The translations under genes and the position numbers were made by a program. Source: Marsupella aquatica (lineage: Eukaryota > Plantae > Marchantiophyta). From it: a stretch of 64,000 bases of DNA. Position 1 is the first letter of the stretch; every line of letters begins with the position of its first letter. The stretch is taken from positions 19,472,857 to 19,536,856 of the forward strand of contig OZ316893.1 of the NCBI GenBank assembly GCA_973895155.1. The letters run 5' to 3'. Shown in pieces: positions 36,101-49,350 of this stretch. The notes under the pieces were generated by a model that saw only the letters and a list, made by a program, of their open reading frames with translations, did not search any database and was not told the origin of the DNA.

Positions 36101-37780
36101 TCTTCGTGTTCTTCCCGCTGCCGCTGTGGTCTATCTTCCTTTTTATCAACCTGCTCCACGGGTTTTTGTTTTTCCCCTGATAGCTTAGGCATCTTCGTCT
36201 CCTCGTGTTCATCCCGCTGCTGCAGTGGTCTATCTTCCTCATTATCAACCTTCTCCACGGGTTTTTGTTCTTCCTCTGGCAGCTTGGGCAACTTCGTCCC
36301 CTCCTGAATCGTCCCCACTTCTTGGGAGTTATCCTGATGTGAGTTGTCTTCGTTGACTTCTACCCGTTTCTCCCCTTCATTTTCGACATTCTCCTCGTCT
36401 TTGGGCTCGTCCTGCCGCATATCTTCCACATCAGTTCTCGCTTCTTGGGGTCGTAGTTCCTCAGCAACAGTCGTACTTCCCTCCTTATCCTCACCCTTTT
36501 TAATCATCTCCGCAGCCTCATGTTGTTGTTCTTCCTTCTCATTATCCTCAGGCAAGCCGAAGTCCTCTCCGTTGGTTGACACTGGCGAGAAATCTTTCGT
36601 AAGATCCGTCGAGTTCTCAAATGCAGCGGGAGAGATTTTCTCAGCCTGTGTCCGATTGAGATTATGTTTGATCCAATCGTCATGGGTGATCCAGGCGTCC
36701 TCATCGGGTCGAATGAGAGGAGTTGGTCGAGTTGATACATTTTCCTCGGGCCGCAGGCTGATTGTGGGGGAGCCAACAGCCTCTGATTGGAAGGAGAATG
36801 TGATTTCGGATAGGAACAATAACCGGAACAAAATGAATGGCACAATTACAGCCAAAATCCAGGACAATAAATATCGGTTCTGGAGGAGGCGCCGCCTCGA
36901 GTCCGACCACACTGATGATCGCTCCGACCCAGTAGAATCTTCCGAGAACGTCATGGTCTCTTTTCGACTCTGCGAATAATGTAGCTCGCTCTCGGGCTGC
37001 CACTGATCCTATCGAACCACAGTTCTCATCTTCCTCGGTCAGGTGCGCTTCTTGCCATTACCTTCATGTTGCAAAAAGATCTATGACAACTAGAAGCGGG
37101 AGCTCCGCGTAGAACTTGCAATTCTTCAATATACATGACCTTCTATAGAAAACAACGATCACCATTACGTTGTGAAGATCGGCCAAGCCACCCACAACCT
37201 TCCAAACTACAATCACGGATCACGAGCCCGATTTCAGTACTGCCATGTACCTGCCACGGAGCAGACATTGTCAAGACCGACGACACAGGTGAGGATCACG
37301 AGAAATTCGTAACACATAAAAGGAAGGACGAACGAGGTACTTTAGATGGATCACTACAAGAATGCAACATTCTCAATAGAGTACTATTCTTGCAAATTGG
37401 TTTACCTGGGTAATCCAGTCATTGGTACACAAAACGCTGCTGCGCTCCAATATGCCAGATGCTCACAGAAACATACAACCTTCGCAATGTCAATTTTACC
37501 CGGATGATGCTCCCCTATTAAGTTTATGATGGGAAAGAGCAACAGAAGAGCGTCAGAGCAAATCTACATAGGACATGAATCCAATCCACAAGCCGCCAGT
37601 TACACAATCCCCGTCCGATCAAGCAGCCAAGCCAATTACACAGCGCTCCGAACAATGCGTGTGCCCGGCATTGCCTGATGAGTCGCTCAAAAAGCTTTTC
37701 CTTTCGATCTGCAATCTCTGTACGAGAATGGTGTCGCCAACACTACAGCAGTAAACTCGATCGACATGGGCAGCGAGCCG
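33130..37780. repeat. ~4.6-kb segmental duplication of ~8740-13300 (TBL gene plus both flanks)
   Basis: Homology runs from GATCCACAGGAGAT..GTCAGATT (8753/33142) to GGTGTCGCCAACACTACAGCAGT..CATGGGCAGCGAG (13245-13295/37730-37778). Confidence 0.9.
34172..36954 (-). CDS. TBL: Trichome birefringence-like O-acetyltransferase paralog, 3 exons: 36954-35979, 35575-35298, 34957-34172 (~679 aa)
   Basis: Same exon phases as copy 1 and identical exon 2/3 lengths (278 and 786 bp). TM helix, CDLVEGEW, GDS and DCLH motifs are intact. The stalk repeat has 3 copies. Confidence 0.95.
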
Positions 37781-37865
37781 TCAATTCCAAATTCATCTGT
37801 CCCCAGGATCCGAGACAGATCGAAATCCCAGACGGAAGCAGCTCTCGGACTGAAATTCTCCCGTA

Positions 37866-38249
37866 TCATCCGCCGCAATTTATGCGTTTCCGATGGACAG
37901 GGAGTGCCGCATCACTCGGCACGGCTGCATCGGACACAACCACAGAACTACTCAAGATTGCGCAGCAGAATCGACATCCCTGCTCAATCAGCAAGGGATC
38001 TCGCTCACGAACTCTACAGTACGAGTTCTGTCCGAATGCAATACACTGGGAGCAGTCGTGGCCTGGTGGCCAAGCACATTTTATGCTGTCCCACCGATCA
38101 TTGGGCTTCAACAGTTCGACGCCTTCCAATTTGTCTGCGACTGTAGCAATCAAGCACACCATCATCGACGTGGCGCCAATCTTCACCCCGATCGAGGCCA
38201 AGCGAGGGAAACTGGGAAAGCCAGTGCTAGCCTTTTTAGCTCTGCCCAT
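37866..38249 (-). CDS. Hypothetical Cys-rich ORF or 5' part of a decayed gene upstream of TBL copy 2
   Basis: 127-aa ORF with a hydrophobic stretch (IGATSMMVCLIATVA) and C-x7-C-x2-C-x8-C-x12-C-x2-CC-like spacing. TATA-like TATATAG at ~38355-38362 (minus). No family recognised. Confidence 0.25.
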   Translation of the reverse strand: MGRAKKASTGFPSFPRLASIGVKIGATSMMVCLIATVADKLEGVELLKPNDRWDSIKCAWPPGHDCSQCIAFGQNSYCRVRERDPLLIEQGCRFCCAILSSSVVVSDAAVPSDAALPVHRKRINCGG

Positions 38250-41129
38250 AGCTCTGCCCAGAGGGAACTACTTGACTGTTTGCCTCGTAGACTCCATTTG
38301 ACTTATTGACGCCTAATAACTCAGGCACGCAAAGTACTGTTGGGGCTGCCACTCTCTATATAATTAAGTCGGTCGGAATGTTCTCTACTGAATTTGATGG
38401 CACAAAATCAAATGCAGTGCGTGAGTGTGTCTGTGGGGTGCACCGGTTTTTTAGTGGCGAAGATTCGTTATATTACACCAAAAGTCTGCGCAGCTTTTGG
38501 CCAAAATTGACCAAGCTTTTTGTCTTTCTGTTATCGACTTTCACACCTAGCCACATAATCCCCAGAGCAGCATGTTTTCTTAAAGTATTTGTAAAGCCGT
38601 GTGAAGGAGAAGATACTCAAAAGATTCACTATTCAATTATTTTATTGATAATATCAGATCTCCTTAGATTTAAGGCTTACTGTTAGTTCTATCTAATAGA
38701 ACCTGTGATTAGGTGGAACACGGGCTAATCATACAGGAAAATAGTGCCAATTTATTATCAAAAGTGGCCAAAGATTTTTGGGATGTGGAATTTGGCCAAT
38801 TTTTTCCGAGGTAGAATAAATGCCGCCCTTGAGGCTATCTCTTACCTTAGTTCTAGGGAGATCTAATAATCAGTAATTAGTGTTATGCAGAAATTACAGT
38901 AGCTTGAGTATGCACTAATTTTGGTAAAAGTGATATTGAGTGGCTAATTTTTTTCACTAGTTTTCCACTCTTGAGAGCACAATAACACTAATTCATATGC
39001 GCCAAAATAGTGTTACCACAAAATTAGTGTGACTAACACTAATTTATAAATAGAGTCTGAAAATTGGAGTTCTCACATAGTGTTAGTCACGGTAAAAAAA
39101 TGAACAGTGTCGATAAGCAATATTCTTTAGCATCTTGTTCTTGGGACAAGGTGACAATAGCCACCTTAGCTAAATAGAAAAAAAAAAACATTCAAGAATG
39201 ACACTGGTGTGGTCCACTACAGTAGTTGGGGATTGCAATAGGTGGGCTACTTACTGGTCCTAGCACGTGGCTATAGTAAAATTGTCACTATTGTTGTAGT
39301 TTGGAGGAGCATCGCGGCCCAAAAGACTGCCGTTGAAGAGCTCGGCATTATTGGCACTTTACAGCATATACAGTGACGTTTTACTTGCATGTTTTCAATT
39401 CGTATGGTTGTTGCATATTGTTATCTTCCGTGATTTTGAGTGAGTGACATGGGTGAGTTTTGACGTTCATGATGCCGTTGTGATTGTTCTCTTCGTAAGT
39501 TTTAGAGCAATTCTGCATAAGATGCACAGTCAAGATGTATATCAACTGTATGCAAATTTTCCTCCACTGTTACTAAAATTAGGGAAAATTAGTAAGCAGG
39601 GCACTATGGCACACAATGCTATGTAAACATAGCTTTAGTATATACTGAATGCCCTTCTTGATTTTTCTCTTTGTAATTTTCAGATACTTAGTTCTTGGAC
39701 AAAAATGCATAGTCAAGATTTGGATCAACTAAGTATGAAAAATCTAGTATACTTATGCTAGAAATCACTAAAAATTAAACTTGCTTAGGCCTTTAAGTGT
39801 ATTCAAGTCCTGTTACAATAGTATTATTGGCCTATGCCTCAAATCTCAAGCTGAAGCTCTCATTACCAGAGTGCATTATGACACAGCTCAACCTGTAAAC
39901 AGAACTTTACCATCTAACTATGGAGAGATATATTTAGTAGACCCCCTTCTGGAAAAAGTTTGCTTAATCAATCTCCTCGATACTTTTCCCCAATCTGAAA
40001 AGTTGATGAAACTTTCGATCTCAAATCTGGACCGTTGGTAGACCTCAGGGGGTCGATCGAGTAACAAGTTTCATTTTGGGGGGACATCAAGCAAATACCT
40101 CTCTAACTATGTTATCATGAGCCAAAGTTACTCGCAAGGCCTACTGCCTAGAGTGAGACCTCTAGTTAGTCTCTTTGGGGGCATAATTGAAAGGTAAGGT
40201 GTAGGTGGAAAGATATATATCAAAGTGGTTGAAAACAATAAAGTCATACCTGGGAAATGGCTGCAAGAAGATTGAGGAAAGAGGGGTTGAGGACAAGCCC
40301 TTGGAAAACATTTGAAAGTGAGGAGCTGACATAGGGGATCTACTATAGTTTTTGCAAGGTCTTTTTGGTACTCACTTCCATTTTAGTTCAAAGAACAGGC
40401 AGGCAGGCTACTATACTTAATTATTCCGTTTACACCTTTGCATAGCACTTTCGGTGTTGTGTCCAAAGTGGTTAATATTCCAGTTTGGAGGAGCACCTCA
40501 GCCGAAAAACCCGATGGTAAACTCTCTTCACATGAAATTACAATTGTTGAGCACTTTACAACACACTGAACTTTCAGTTGTAGGTTTGAATTTCCATGTT
40601 TTGATTTTGTATGTTTGTAGTGGATTATCTTCCAGAATTTTGTATACTGTGTCCACTTCCTGTCATTCCAAGACCTCACCATGTGCTTCAGGCTTACTAC
40701 TGTAAAGCAGCATTGGACATAAAAACCGTCAGGCCCTATCCCATACGCTCCAATTCTCACCTCCCTTATCCCAGAACCCCTTTTTGTTAAAGTAGTGCCT
40801 GGACCACTCCTGGTACCCATACTCAGAGCATCTCCAATTCTTACTGGAAAGCCTTATTGTAACTGAGTGTTGATTGAACCCAGTAACTGATGGAACCTAT
40901 TATTGTCATGTGAAACCCATTCGTTGTAATGCTATCTAATTTTGGGGCTTTGGGTTTATTTTGTTATTGTGTCTTCCATGGAAGACACCATTTTGACCTG
41001 ACGGGCAACTTAGTGCCTTGCCCGACACATAAAATCATCAAATGACGGCCAAAAAACTGTCCATTTGACACATATTCTGAGTTATTCCCCAGTCATTCCT
41101 AAACTTTCCCAAACTCCGTCCTAACCCAG

Positions 41130-41352
41130 TCCTGGAGTCCCCTGGACTCCCCTGGTCTAGTGAGCCGGTCCCCCAGTTTGGGGTCGAGGTCGGGTTGGGG
41201 TTGGGGCCGGCCGGGTGAGAGGGGGGACCGGGCAAGGTCGGGGCCGGGCCAGGTCCAAACTGGTCGGGGCGCACGGGGTTGGGACCGGGGCAGGCCGGGT
41301 GGGACCAGGTGACCGGATGACGGGGGGTCGAGACCCCCAATATGCCCAGCAT
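41130..41352. repeat. GC-rich GGNCCGG/GGTCGGG short-motif cluster, probable DNA-transposon subterminal region
   Basis: Dense GGGCCGG, GGGACCGG and GGTCGGG motifs within otherwise AT-rich DNA. The partner terminus was not found. Confidence 0.4.
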
Positions 41353-42077
41353 GACCAAACCGGGTGGAAGACAGTATTCAGTTTTTACTTTTCAGTGGGT
41401 TGGTTGCTGGGCTTTCAAGATGTACTTGTGTGAAGAATATTTCTATTTATGGAGTAACTTACAGTAGAGTTTCATTTGACCCTGACAAGTGACAACTATG
41501 TGGACTACATTAAAAACGGAAGTTGCGAGGTTAACTAGGAAAGGAAGTGGTAAGGTCATCTAAAAAGGATGTTGTCAGACTGGTATTTACTCTTTATAGT
41601 AACCAAACCCTCCAACCGTTGCAGATGGTCTTACTAATTATGTAGGTTTTCAAGAATTTAACTTATCTTGGTCGTGCAAACATGATTTCTATTGTGTAGT
41701 ACAATTATTCGATAAATGTTGAGGCTGAATTTCATGTGATCATGACTGCTACACATACTCAAGGTGTTACGAAATTCTGTAAATGCTTACTCTCCAACCC
41801 AATCTCCTTACTCTTCAAAGTATTGTACGAGAACCACTGCAAGAAACGTCAAGTGTCCGCTCCAAAATCTATTGTTAAGACATAATAATTATTCTAATTA
41901 AAGCGCCTTCTGCAAGTGTCCCGGCAAACTAATATCTCTGACACCTTCCCACACTCAATTAGTCAATTCTGTGCCACTGCAGATTCCGAGACACGGGCAG
42001 AGTCTCCCAGTCTCTCAGAGTCTCAGTCTCTCAGAGATGTTTGAGAAAGTTAAAGCGTTCAATAATAGCAAGAGAGA

Positions 42078-42332
42078 TCAACAGCTCAAGTTGTCCTTCA
42101 CAGCAGTCAAGAGTTTAAGGCCCTCGATCTTGATAACTGGGCCCTGCATCGTTCCGGCACAGTGAGGTAAGTGAGCAATATGGTCGGCATACGGCTGGCG
42201 ATCAGGATCGTCCGTGAAGTACGGGCCGTACCATGCATAAAGTACCCGTCCTTGAAAGTCACTAGGATAGTAGGGTGGGTCATACCCGTACTCTTGCAAT
42301 CGAAGATAAACGGTGACGATCTCTTTCACCAT
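42078..42332 (-). CDS. Hypothetical 84-aa protein
   Basis: ATG-initiated ORF in a more GC-balanced island, protein-like composition (MVKEIVTVYLRLQEYGYDPPYYPSDFQGRVLYAWYGPYF...), TATA-like CTATAAA at ~42474-42480 on the same strand. No family recognised. Confidence 0.4.
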   Translation of the reverse strand: MVKEIVTVYLRLQEYGYDPPYYPSDFQGRVLYAWYGPYFTDDPDRQPYADHIAHLPHCAGTMQGPVIKIEGLKLLTAVKDNLSC

Positions 42333-44155
42333 TGAGGCATGTTTTCTGAGCGTTGATATTACCTGCTGGAGTACTGTCCTGTGAAAAGTTCACTTCAGGG
42401 CTGCCAGCACACTCACTTGGAAAGTCAGGTTCCTTTTCGCCCCAGGGTGTTTGATTGCTCGGCTCTCTTTGGGTTTATAGGGTACCTTTCTTCACCGCCT
42501 CAATCGTTGTAGGGGTGGGGTATCCCACCAGATAATTTTGTAGTTCAGATCAATATATTTTATCTCCAAGAGTGGTAGAATGACAAACGTATCTCATTTG
42601 GTCGTTTTTACTTATTGTCCTTAAGGGGGTCGGTCGATTTCAGTCCCTCGCAATCCCTAGTTAATACAGTGCCTTCGGCCGTCATAATAGATTACATTTA
42701 AGGGTTGCATTTAATATTATGCATCCATGTAATTATTGATCTCATGAGAGTTACTTTTCAAAATTACTGGCATCACAATGTGTCATAATAACAACAACAG
42801 ACAAATAAGAGTTTTATGAATCAAACTTATAATTTTTATTCATGTTTATGTCAATTTGGATATAAATTTTGAGACGCCATATCATAAAAAGAAAAGTAAA
42901 AAATTAGAATTTCAAAGAACAAGACAGTTAAAATTGTCACTATGTAACCGTTTTAGTTACTTATTCAATTTTAAAACTAAAATTCAAAGATTTGAATAGT
43001 ATTTTTCACATAATAAATAATGACTTATAACTAACTTGATAATTTCATTGTTAAAGGATAATTGACACCTGGAGTAAGGTTTCCGGCCCTTTGCAATTAA
43101 GGTAAACAGCTAGCCATGGTCCGAACTTGAACTCAACGAACTGATACAATTCATTTGATCAGACATTCATCTAATTTCAAATGGACTTGTCACGGATTGA
43201 ATTCTGACTCTCGTAGGTAGCATGTAGTGAAAAGGCCTGATTTTGACAATTGCTTGTGATAACCATGCTATCAATTAACCAAGGGGTCCACGAACTAATT
43301 TCCGCATTCTTTCAAGACAATGATTGATAGCATGCAGAATATAACTTTGATATTCACGCTAGGAGATTTCTACAACTAGCATTCCATGGGTAGAAACAGT
43401 TAAATTTTTCCTCCCATGAGCAAAATTTGTCCTCACATGACCCCTAATTTTTCTATATCCAACTGCCACGCTAACAGTGACCTGGTTGATAACATACATT
43501 TTGGGGACTCCTCTTTTTGCTAGCGATCTCACTAGCCATCTAGAGTCATAAAAAACACACAAAAAATATAAAAGGCAGCAAAAAGAAAAAGAAATTTAAA
43601 ACCACAAGTGTCTTGCTAACAACACTCCCCTCACTAACAAAATTCCTGTTTGCTCACATTATTGAATACCTCACATTCCACAGGACCACATCTTTGAACC
43701 ACTTATGGAGAATTTTAGTTTGTTACTAATGTTCTAATCTTGGTATGTTTTTATTTTCATATCTACAGTATGCCTTATCTCTATTTCTCAGACATATTTT
43801 AAAGTTGTCCAACCGAATTATGATGAAGAAGTTATGAATAGACTTTTGTAACAGTTTAAAGACACTTCAGAGGCATCTGAGTTTCCTATTCTAATCAATA
43901 AGTTCACTGAGGTTGCATTTGTCTGGTGTTGTCTTCAGCTTGATTGTGACGGTGTGCAAATTTCTGCCATTTTGCATCTAGGAGTCCCCAGTCACTAGGG
44001 CCTGTCAAAGCACAGCCCTAACGTTAGGGCTACTTGTTTTAGGGTTTAGGACATAAAACTGTTGTATGACAAGGACAAAAATGTTATGGACTACCTAAAT
44101 ATATGCCCACAAGAATAGTACGTCCACAACTTTTAGCCATAATACTTAGGGCTGA

Positions 44156-44200
44156 GACACCCTACTGGGCAGACACCCTACTGGGCAGACACCCTCTGAA
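44156..44200. repeat. 16-bp tandem repeat (AGACACCCTACTGGGC) x~2.5
   Basis: Seen directly. Confidence 0.85.
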
Positions 44201-44969
44201 CAGACGGAGTGATGGAAGTTATTAGGGGGTCTCAAAGCTAGTCCTTTAAGAGTCCGCAACTTCCTTGTTACAGAAATGACCTCAACATGTTAAGGACACC
44301 TCCTCAGGTGATCTTTAACTTTAGGCTGTGACAAACAACCTTAACCTGTGTCCACAATGGCAATTTCACAGAATTTTGGATAAAAAATTCAAAAAAATAA
44401 TTCTTACTATTAGTGGTAGGCTACAACCAAACAGTTACAGCCAAAGTCCCATGATAGTAACATTCCAGCTTGAGACCCCTATTGTTACCATAGATCCCTC
44501 ACTAGCTCAGGAATCAAGAAGTGCCATAGTCGTGTTCTCTGTTCATTGCACTAACAAGCTAGGGCCCCTTTTCATCCAGCCTGGCTGGGACTCTACTGAA
44601 AGTAAAAAAACCCACAGTAGAGTTGGGTTTCTTAACAGGGAAATGACCCAAAGATAAACGAGCTCAAGATAGAAATAGTAGACACCTCTAGTAAGACAGC
44701 TCTAGATAGATGACGCTAACAGATTGTACTGGAAAATCTTATCTTTATGGACATCCGCTAAGATGGCTAGTGAATGGATTTTTTAATTTCCAGAAAGATT
44801 CATCAGTTTGAAGAGTCCTCACACAATTGCTCACCAAAATCTGATGGCTAGGATATGATAGTGGGATGTAGACCATAATTATACATACCTTCAGTACATA
44901 TTTCCCTGCTAAGGTGAGAGGCAAAGAATTGCCATTCCCTAACTGCCTAGTAACTATTATACTAACCAA

Positions 44970-45291
44970 TTGGCTTAGGTCAATTGGCTAGGGGATTTGC
45001 CTGGGACTGAGAGGTCCCAAGTTCAATCCCCCCTCCACACTGGGGTGTGAAGGGTATATGTGTGTGGGTGGGATTGGTTTTGTGGGTAGTAGATTGGAGT
45101 TCTGATTATCTGTTCGATCCCTGGTCATGCACTTTGTGGCCCTGATTTAATACTCTCTCTTTCGTGGTGCGGGTCCCTGTCGGATCAGTTGGGGCTCACC
45201 CTGGTCTAGGTTCCCTACAGAAAAACTGTCACATTGGGATGGGGGGAGTCTAATTGTATTTCCTCCCCATTTCCTTTCAAGACAAAAAAAA
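44970..45291 (+). mobile_element. tRNA-derived SINE (copy 2, near full length)
   Basis: A-box-like TAGGTCAATTGG, B-box GTTCAATCCC (45021-45030), a body similar to 4480-4685(-), an A-tail at 45284-45291 and degenerate flanking AGTAACT...ACTAA repeats. Confidence 0.7.
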
Positions 45292-48200
45292 GTAACTTAG
45301 TTACTACACTAATTAAAGATAAGTAATCCAGAGTAGAGCGTTGACATTGACTAACTAACCTACAACAGTAACTACTATTATTACCATTTGCATGCTGCCT
45401 CCAATGACTGTGTCAAATTAGATGGTGCTTCACAAGGACACATGGCTTGGCTTAAAGATCTATAATGCCCTGCCAGTGACTCTCATAAAAAATCTCTAAA
45501 ACCTCAACCAGTATTAAGATTCTGTGATCACAGCGGGTCAATGCGATTACAAGCAAGGTATTGATTTGTGAACTAGGTCCACAGAATGAAGAATTAAATC
45601 TCGAATGGCCCCCACCAATTAGATAACCGTCCGCAACAAGTGTGTTAATTGATGAAATGAAGTCATCGGATTGTTGTTTGAGAGCTCTCCAGTTCAGCTT
45701 CTACAGTAGCTCCATATCCATAGCGTGGCTGGTCATGGGGAAGATTTATAATGTTTGACCATCTTTGTGCTCATCACAGATTGAACAGGTGATCTCATGA
45801 AAGTCTTAAACATTGTCAGGCAATAAATTGGACTTCAGACTGAGACAATGCTGAAAACATTTCAGCTAAGAAGAAAGAAGTCCTCTAAACAAATGAACAC
45901 ATCTACCAAATTCAAAGCTAAGATTTCTGTTGCTAAATTTTGATGACCCAATCGAGTAAGTCTTCAAGACGTCACATTGCGTACCGAAAATGCACTATGT
46001 ACTCACCAAGTTTGTGAAGGCTCAACAATTTTCTTAAGCAAAAGGAGCCAATGTTTTTTATCACACTTTCCAACTCACTGATACATGATTGCTTTTAAGT
46101 GGGCTAAGATCATAGCTTCAAGACTAAGAAGCTACAATACATTCTTCTCCAGGCAACCTGAACCATTCATGTGACATTACGCAAACAGAGGACATTGTCA
46201 AAAACGTGACTTGATCAATGTCTTGACTACTCACTCTAGAGGGCCTTCAAAGCTGTCAATAACTTTATGACAGAAATCCCTTTTGAATTCCGTGTAAAAC
46301 ACTGGAGTCCCGTTTCTCTTTTGGTGTACACTCACATATCACTTCACGCCGTGCATGGGGACGGGAGATACCAATGTCGATCCTTTTTCTTTTTTGCATA
46401 AACTCGCTACGCACTTTATGCAATGCATTGGGACGGGTAAGGACAACGTTTCGGTCATACAGGCTGGGATTCAAGTTTTGGTGATCAGAATTGTGTGGTT
46501 TGTATTCAATTATGAGTCTTCGCACTCGGGATAACTGAGTAGCAGCTCGTGCAATCTATCAGACTGCATGACCCAGTGGCTACCGGCAAGACTCCATTAA
46601 AAGTTTGAGTATTGAAATCGAAAATTGGAATAGTGATCTGAATTAAGGGTATCAAGCCAAACCTTAAAACAAGAATTCTTGAATTTGTCGTAGAATGGAA
46701 GTGGTAACGAAATTAAAATTATCTGTACATTAATTTCTCTAGAATTAAAATTTTCTTTTGGCTTTATTATATTAAGAAACGGAACTCAAATCATTGAACA
46801 ACGGATAAAAGTATGTAATTCACGTCAGTAGCACCATTTTCTGGTAGATGGCAGAAACATAAAGATTGTTTGGAAAACAGGAAAAACTCGCAAATATGTA
46901 TTCGAGGTGGGATTGTCTTTTGTACCAATACTCGATTGTGACTTCTTCTCTGTAAATGGAACACAAGATTTTCGCATGGGAAACAGGAAAGAAACGCAGA
47001 TACGTGATGAAACAGGTCTGATAAACTGTTAGCATTTATATCAAAATGGAAAGAGGACCGAGGGCCCTACAATCCAACCGTTCGGTTACATATTAACAAT
47101 AGCAGTGTGTGGCAGTGGCATCAAATCATTCGGCCTTCATCTACCGACCCTTGGAAAGTTTCGGAACCCAATCCTAAGACTAATGAAGGCCGTCAAATAA
47201 ATTTCTTGCCAACGAGTTCCTATCTGCTTAGGAAAGCATTTCAAATGCTGCAGTTAGTGCCGATAGGGAAGGAAACCCCAAGAACTTGCGATTCTTTTCG
47301 CAAATGACCCGACATCATATCTTCGCTTCCGGTTTAGCTTTTCACTCTCCTTCCAACACAAGAAAGAAGAGACTTGACAGTTGTGTCTTATCTTCACTGG
47401 GAACTCCCTCCAGTTCATGTTGCAGTGACGGCCGCCTCAATTCGATGCTCTGAGGGCAAACACCAGGGCTTCCTTTGCATCATTACTACCTGGGAAATGC
47501 AGCGAAAGCACAGCCCTAAACTTTTCTCAAACCCACGTAGCATCTTCGCGAAAACAACAATTTCAGTAGTGGTATATATGTGACTCAAATGCTTTTTAGT
47601 AAATGTCAATAAGCAGCTCTTTGATTTATTCCCGGGGGATTTCATTCTTAAAGTGGCCAAGTAGATCAACCATCCACACCGGTCCACCAGGTAGAAATTG
47701 GCAAAGCATTGTTGAAGCGATGACTGTACAAGTCTATGAATACCCCAGTACGGACTTGTTTGTACAACATATAGGCTAGGAAGCGTGCTTCTTCAGTTAA
47801 GAAACGACCCGTCCTCGTATATTTAGCTTCGGAAGTTTCTCCCAGTTGCTAGCCAAAGTTGAGGAGCGTTCTTGGGATATTCACCCGATGACGTGCTCAA
47901 GTAACAGGCCGGTGAGCAATATTCAAACAATCAAAATTTCAGATCGTTTTATTATGCAGTGAAATACATGACAGAACGTTCTCTGCATCTCACTTTCGAC
48001 AATCCAGGGAAGAATACATTGGATATTGCTGTTCCACTTGTCAAGTTACATGTACAGGCGCGCAATAATCTAGTTTTCTTTTATTGGGCAACAGACACAA
48101 AATTCCAGACAAGTCCGTGGACGGAGGCAGACAAGTTAATTTGACAAGACGGTGGCTCATCACTACGAGCCTCGCGGGAGAGGTTGGCATATCTTTCTTC

Positions 48201-49350
48201 ACTTAATTGCTGACGAATCGACACAAATCTACGACCTCACAAATGCAGCCACCCAATTTTTAAATCACGATCATTGACAAGGTAAGCCCGTTTGCAAGGT
48301 GGGCTGATGTTTCAGTAATCCAGACTATTGACATTGTTGGTTAATTCTCCAATATTTAAGCTGTACGTCGACAACGACGGCTAATTTTCCAAGGTTAGCA
48401 ATTAAATTGTTATTCGTCGAGCGTTCGATTGATGATGACTTCTATTCTAAGGGATAGAAGCATGAGTGACTATTACTCTACATTGTTGTGTCCCGACGAC
48501 AGGAAAGTAATCAGAGTCATTGCTAACATGAGGTCTTTCCAAGAAAAAATTACAATTCGAAGAATTCCTTGCGTGCGATAGTTCCTCACAATAAATATAT
48601 TCTGGTCCATCCAAATTTGTATCCTCAAGTCGACCGCCGGGGGAAAACTCCATCCTGTCCATGGTTCCTCACAACGGATATATAACTCTGGTCCACGAAG
48701 ATCCAGAGTCCACGCAAATTTAAATACTCACGACCGCCTGCGGAAGACTGGGGAAGACCTGGGTGGCATGCGAAAGTCCCTCCTCCCGAGCGTATTTCTT
48801 GGTGTAAACACTACCTGATTCCAGACGGACAGGACATTAAATTTGAAAGCATTTCTTGCGCGCCGGCCTGTCGTGCTTCACTAGGGCGTTTCGAAGCTTA
48901 CAATGTCATCGACCTTAACTGCCTAGTTATATGTTATGGACACAACTTATGGAATACAAAATTCATAGTCAGACTTTTGGATTACAAAATTTATAGTGCA
49001 TAACTTTTTGTCATAAGGATTGGTTGATTACCATTTGTCACTGTCGAGGCTGGTGAAAGCAAAAGAAAAAAACTTTTATAAAGTTTTGACCCTTTTTTTA
49101 CGATCATAAGTAATCATCCTTAATTTCCAAGCTTTGAGACTCCCTCCATGTTGTCTATACAAACTTGAAAAATGAGTAATAAGAGTAGCACCAATTGTTG
49201 AGAACATTGAATTGAATGAAACTCGGAATGAAAAGAGATGCCCAATGGATATAGTCGCTTCTACAATTGGGTAAAACGTATATTACTTGCTTGTGGAGTA
49301 GGTTCTGTAGTAGGGTACAAGGTAGATGTGATCGCTATACTATATGCCAA

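Noticed and set aside
44970-45045. tRNA gene
   Set aside because: A/B boxes are present but there is no convincing cloverleaf or acceptor stem, and it continues into a shared body with an A-tail, so it is better explained as a SINE.
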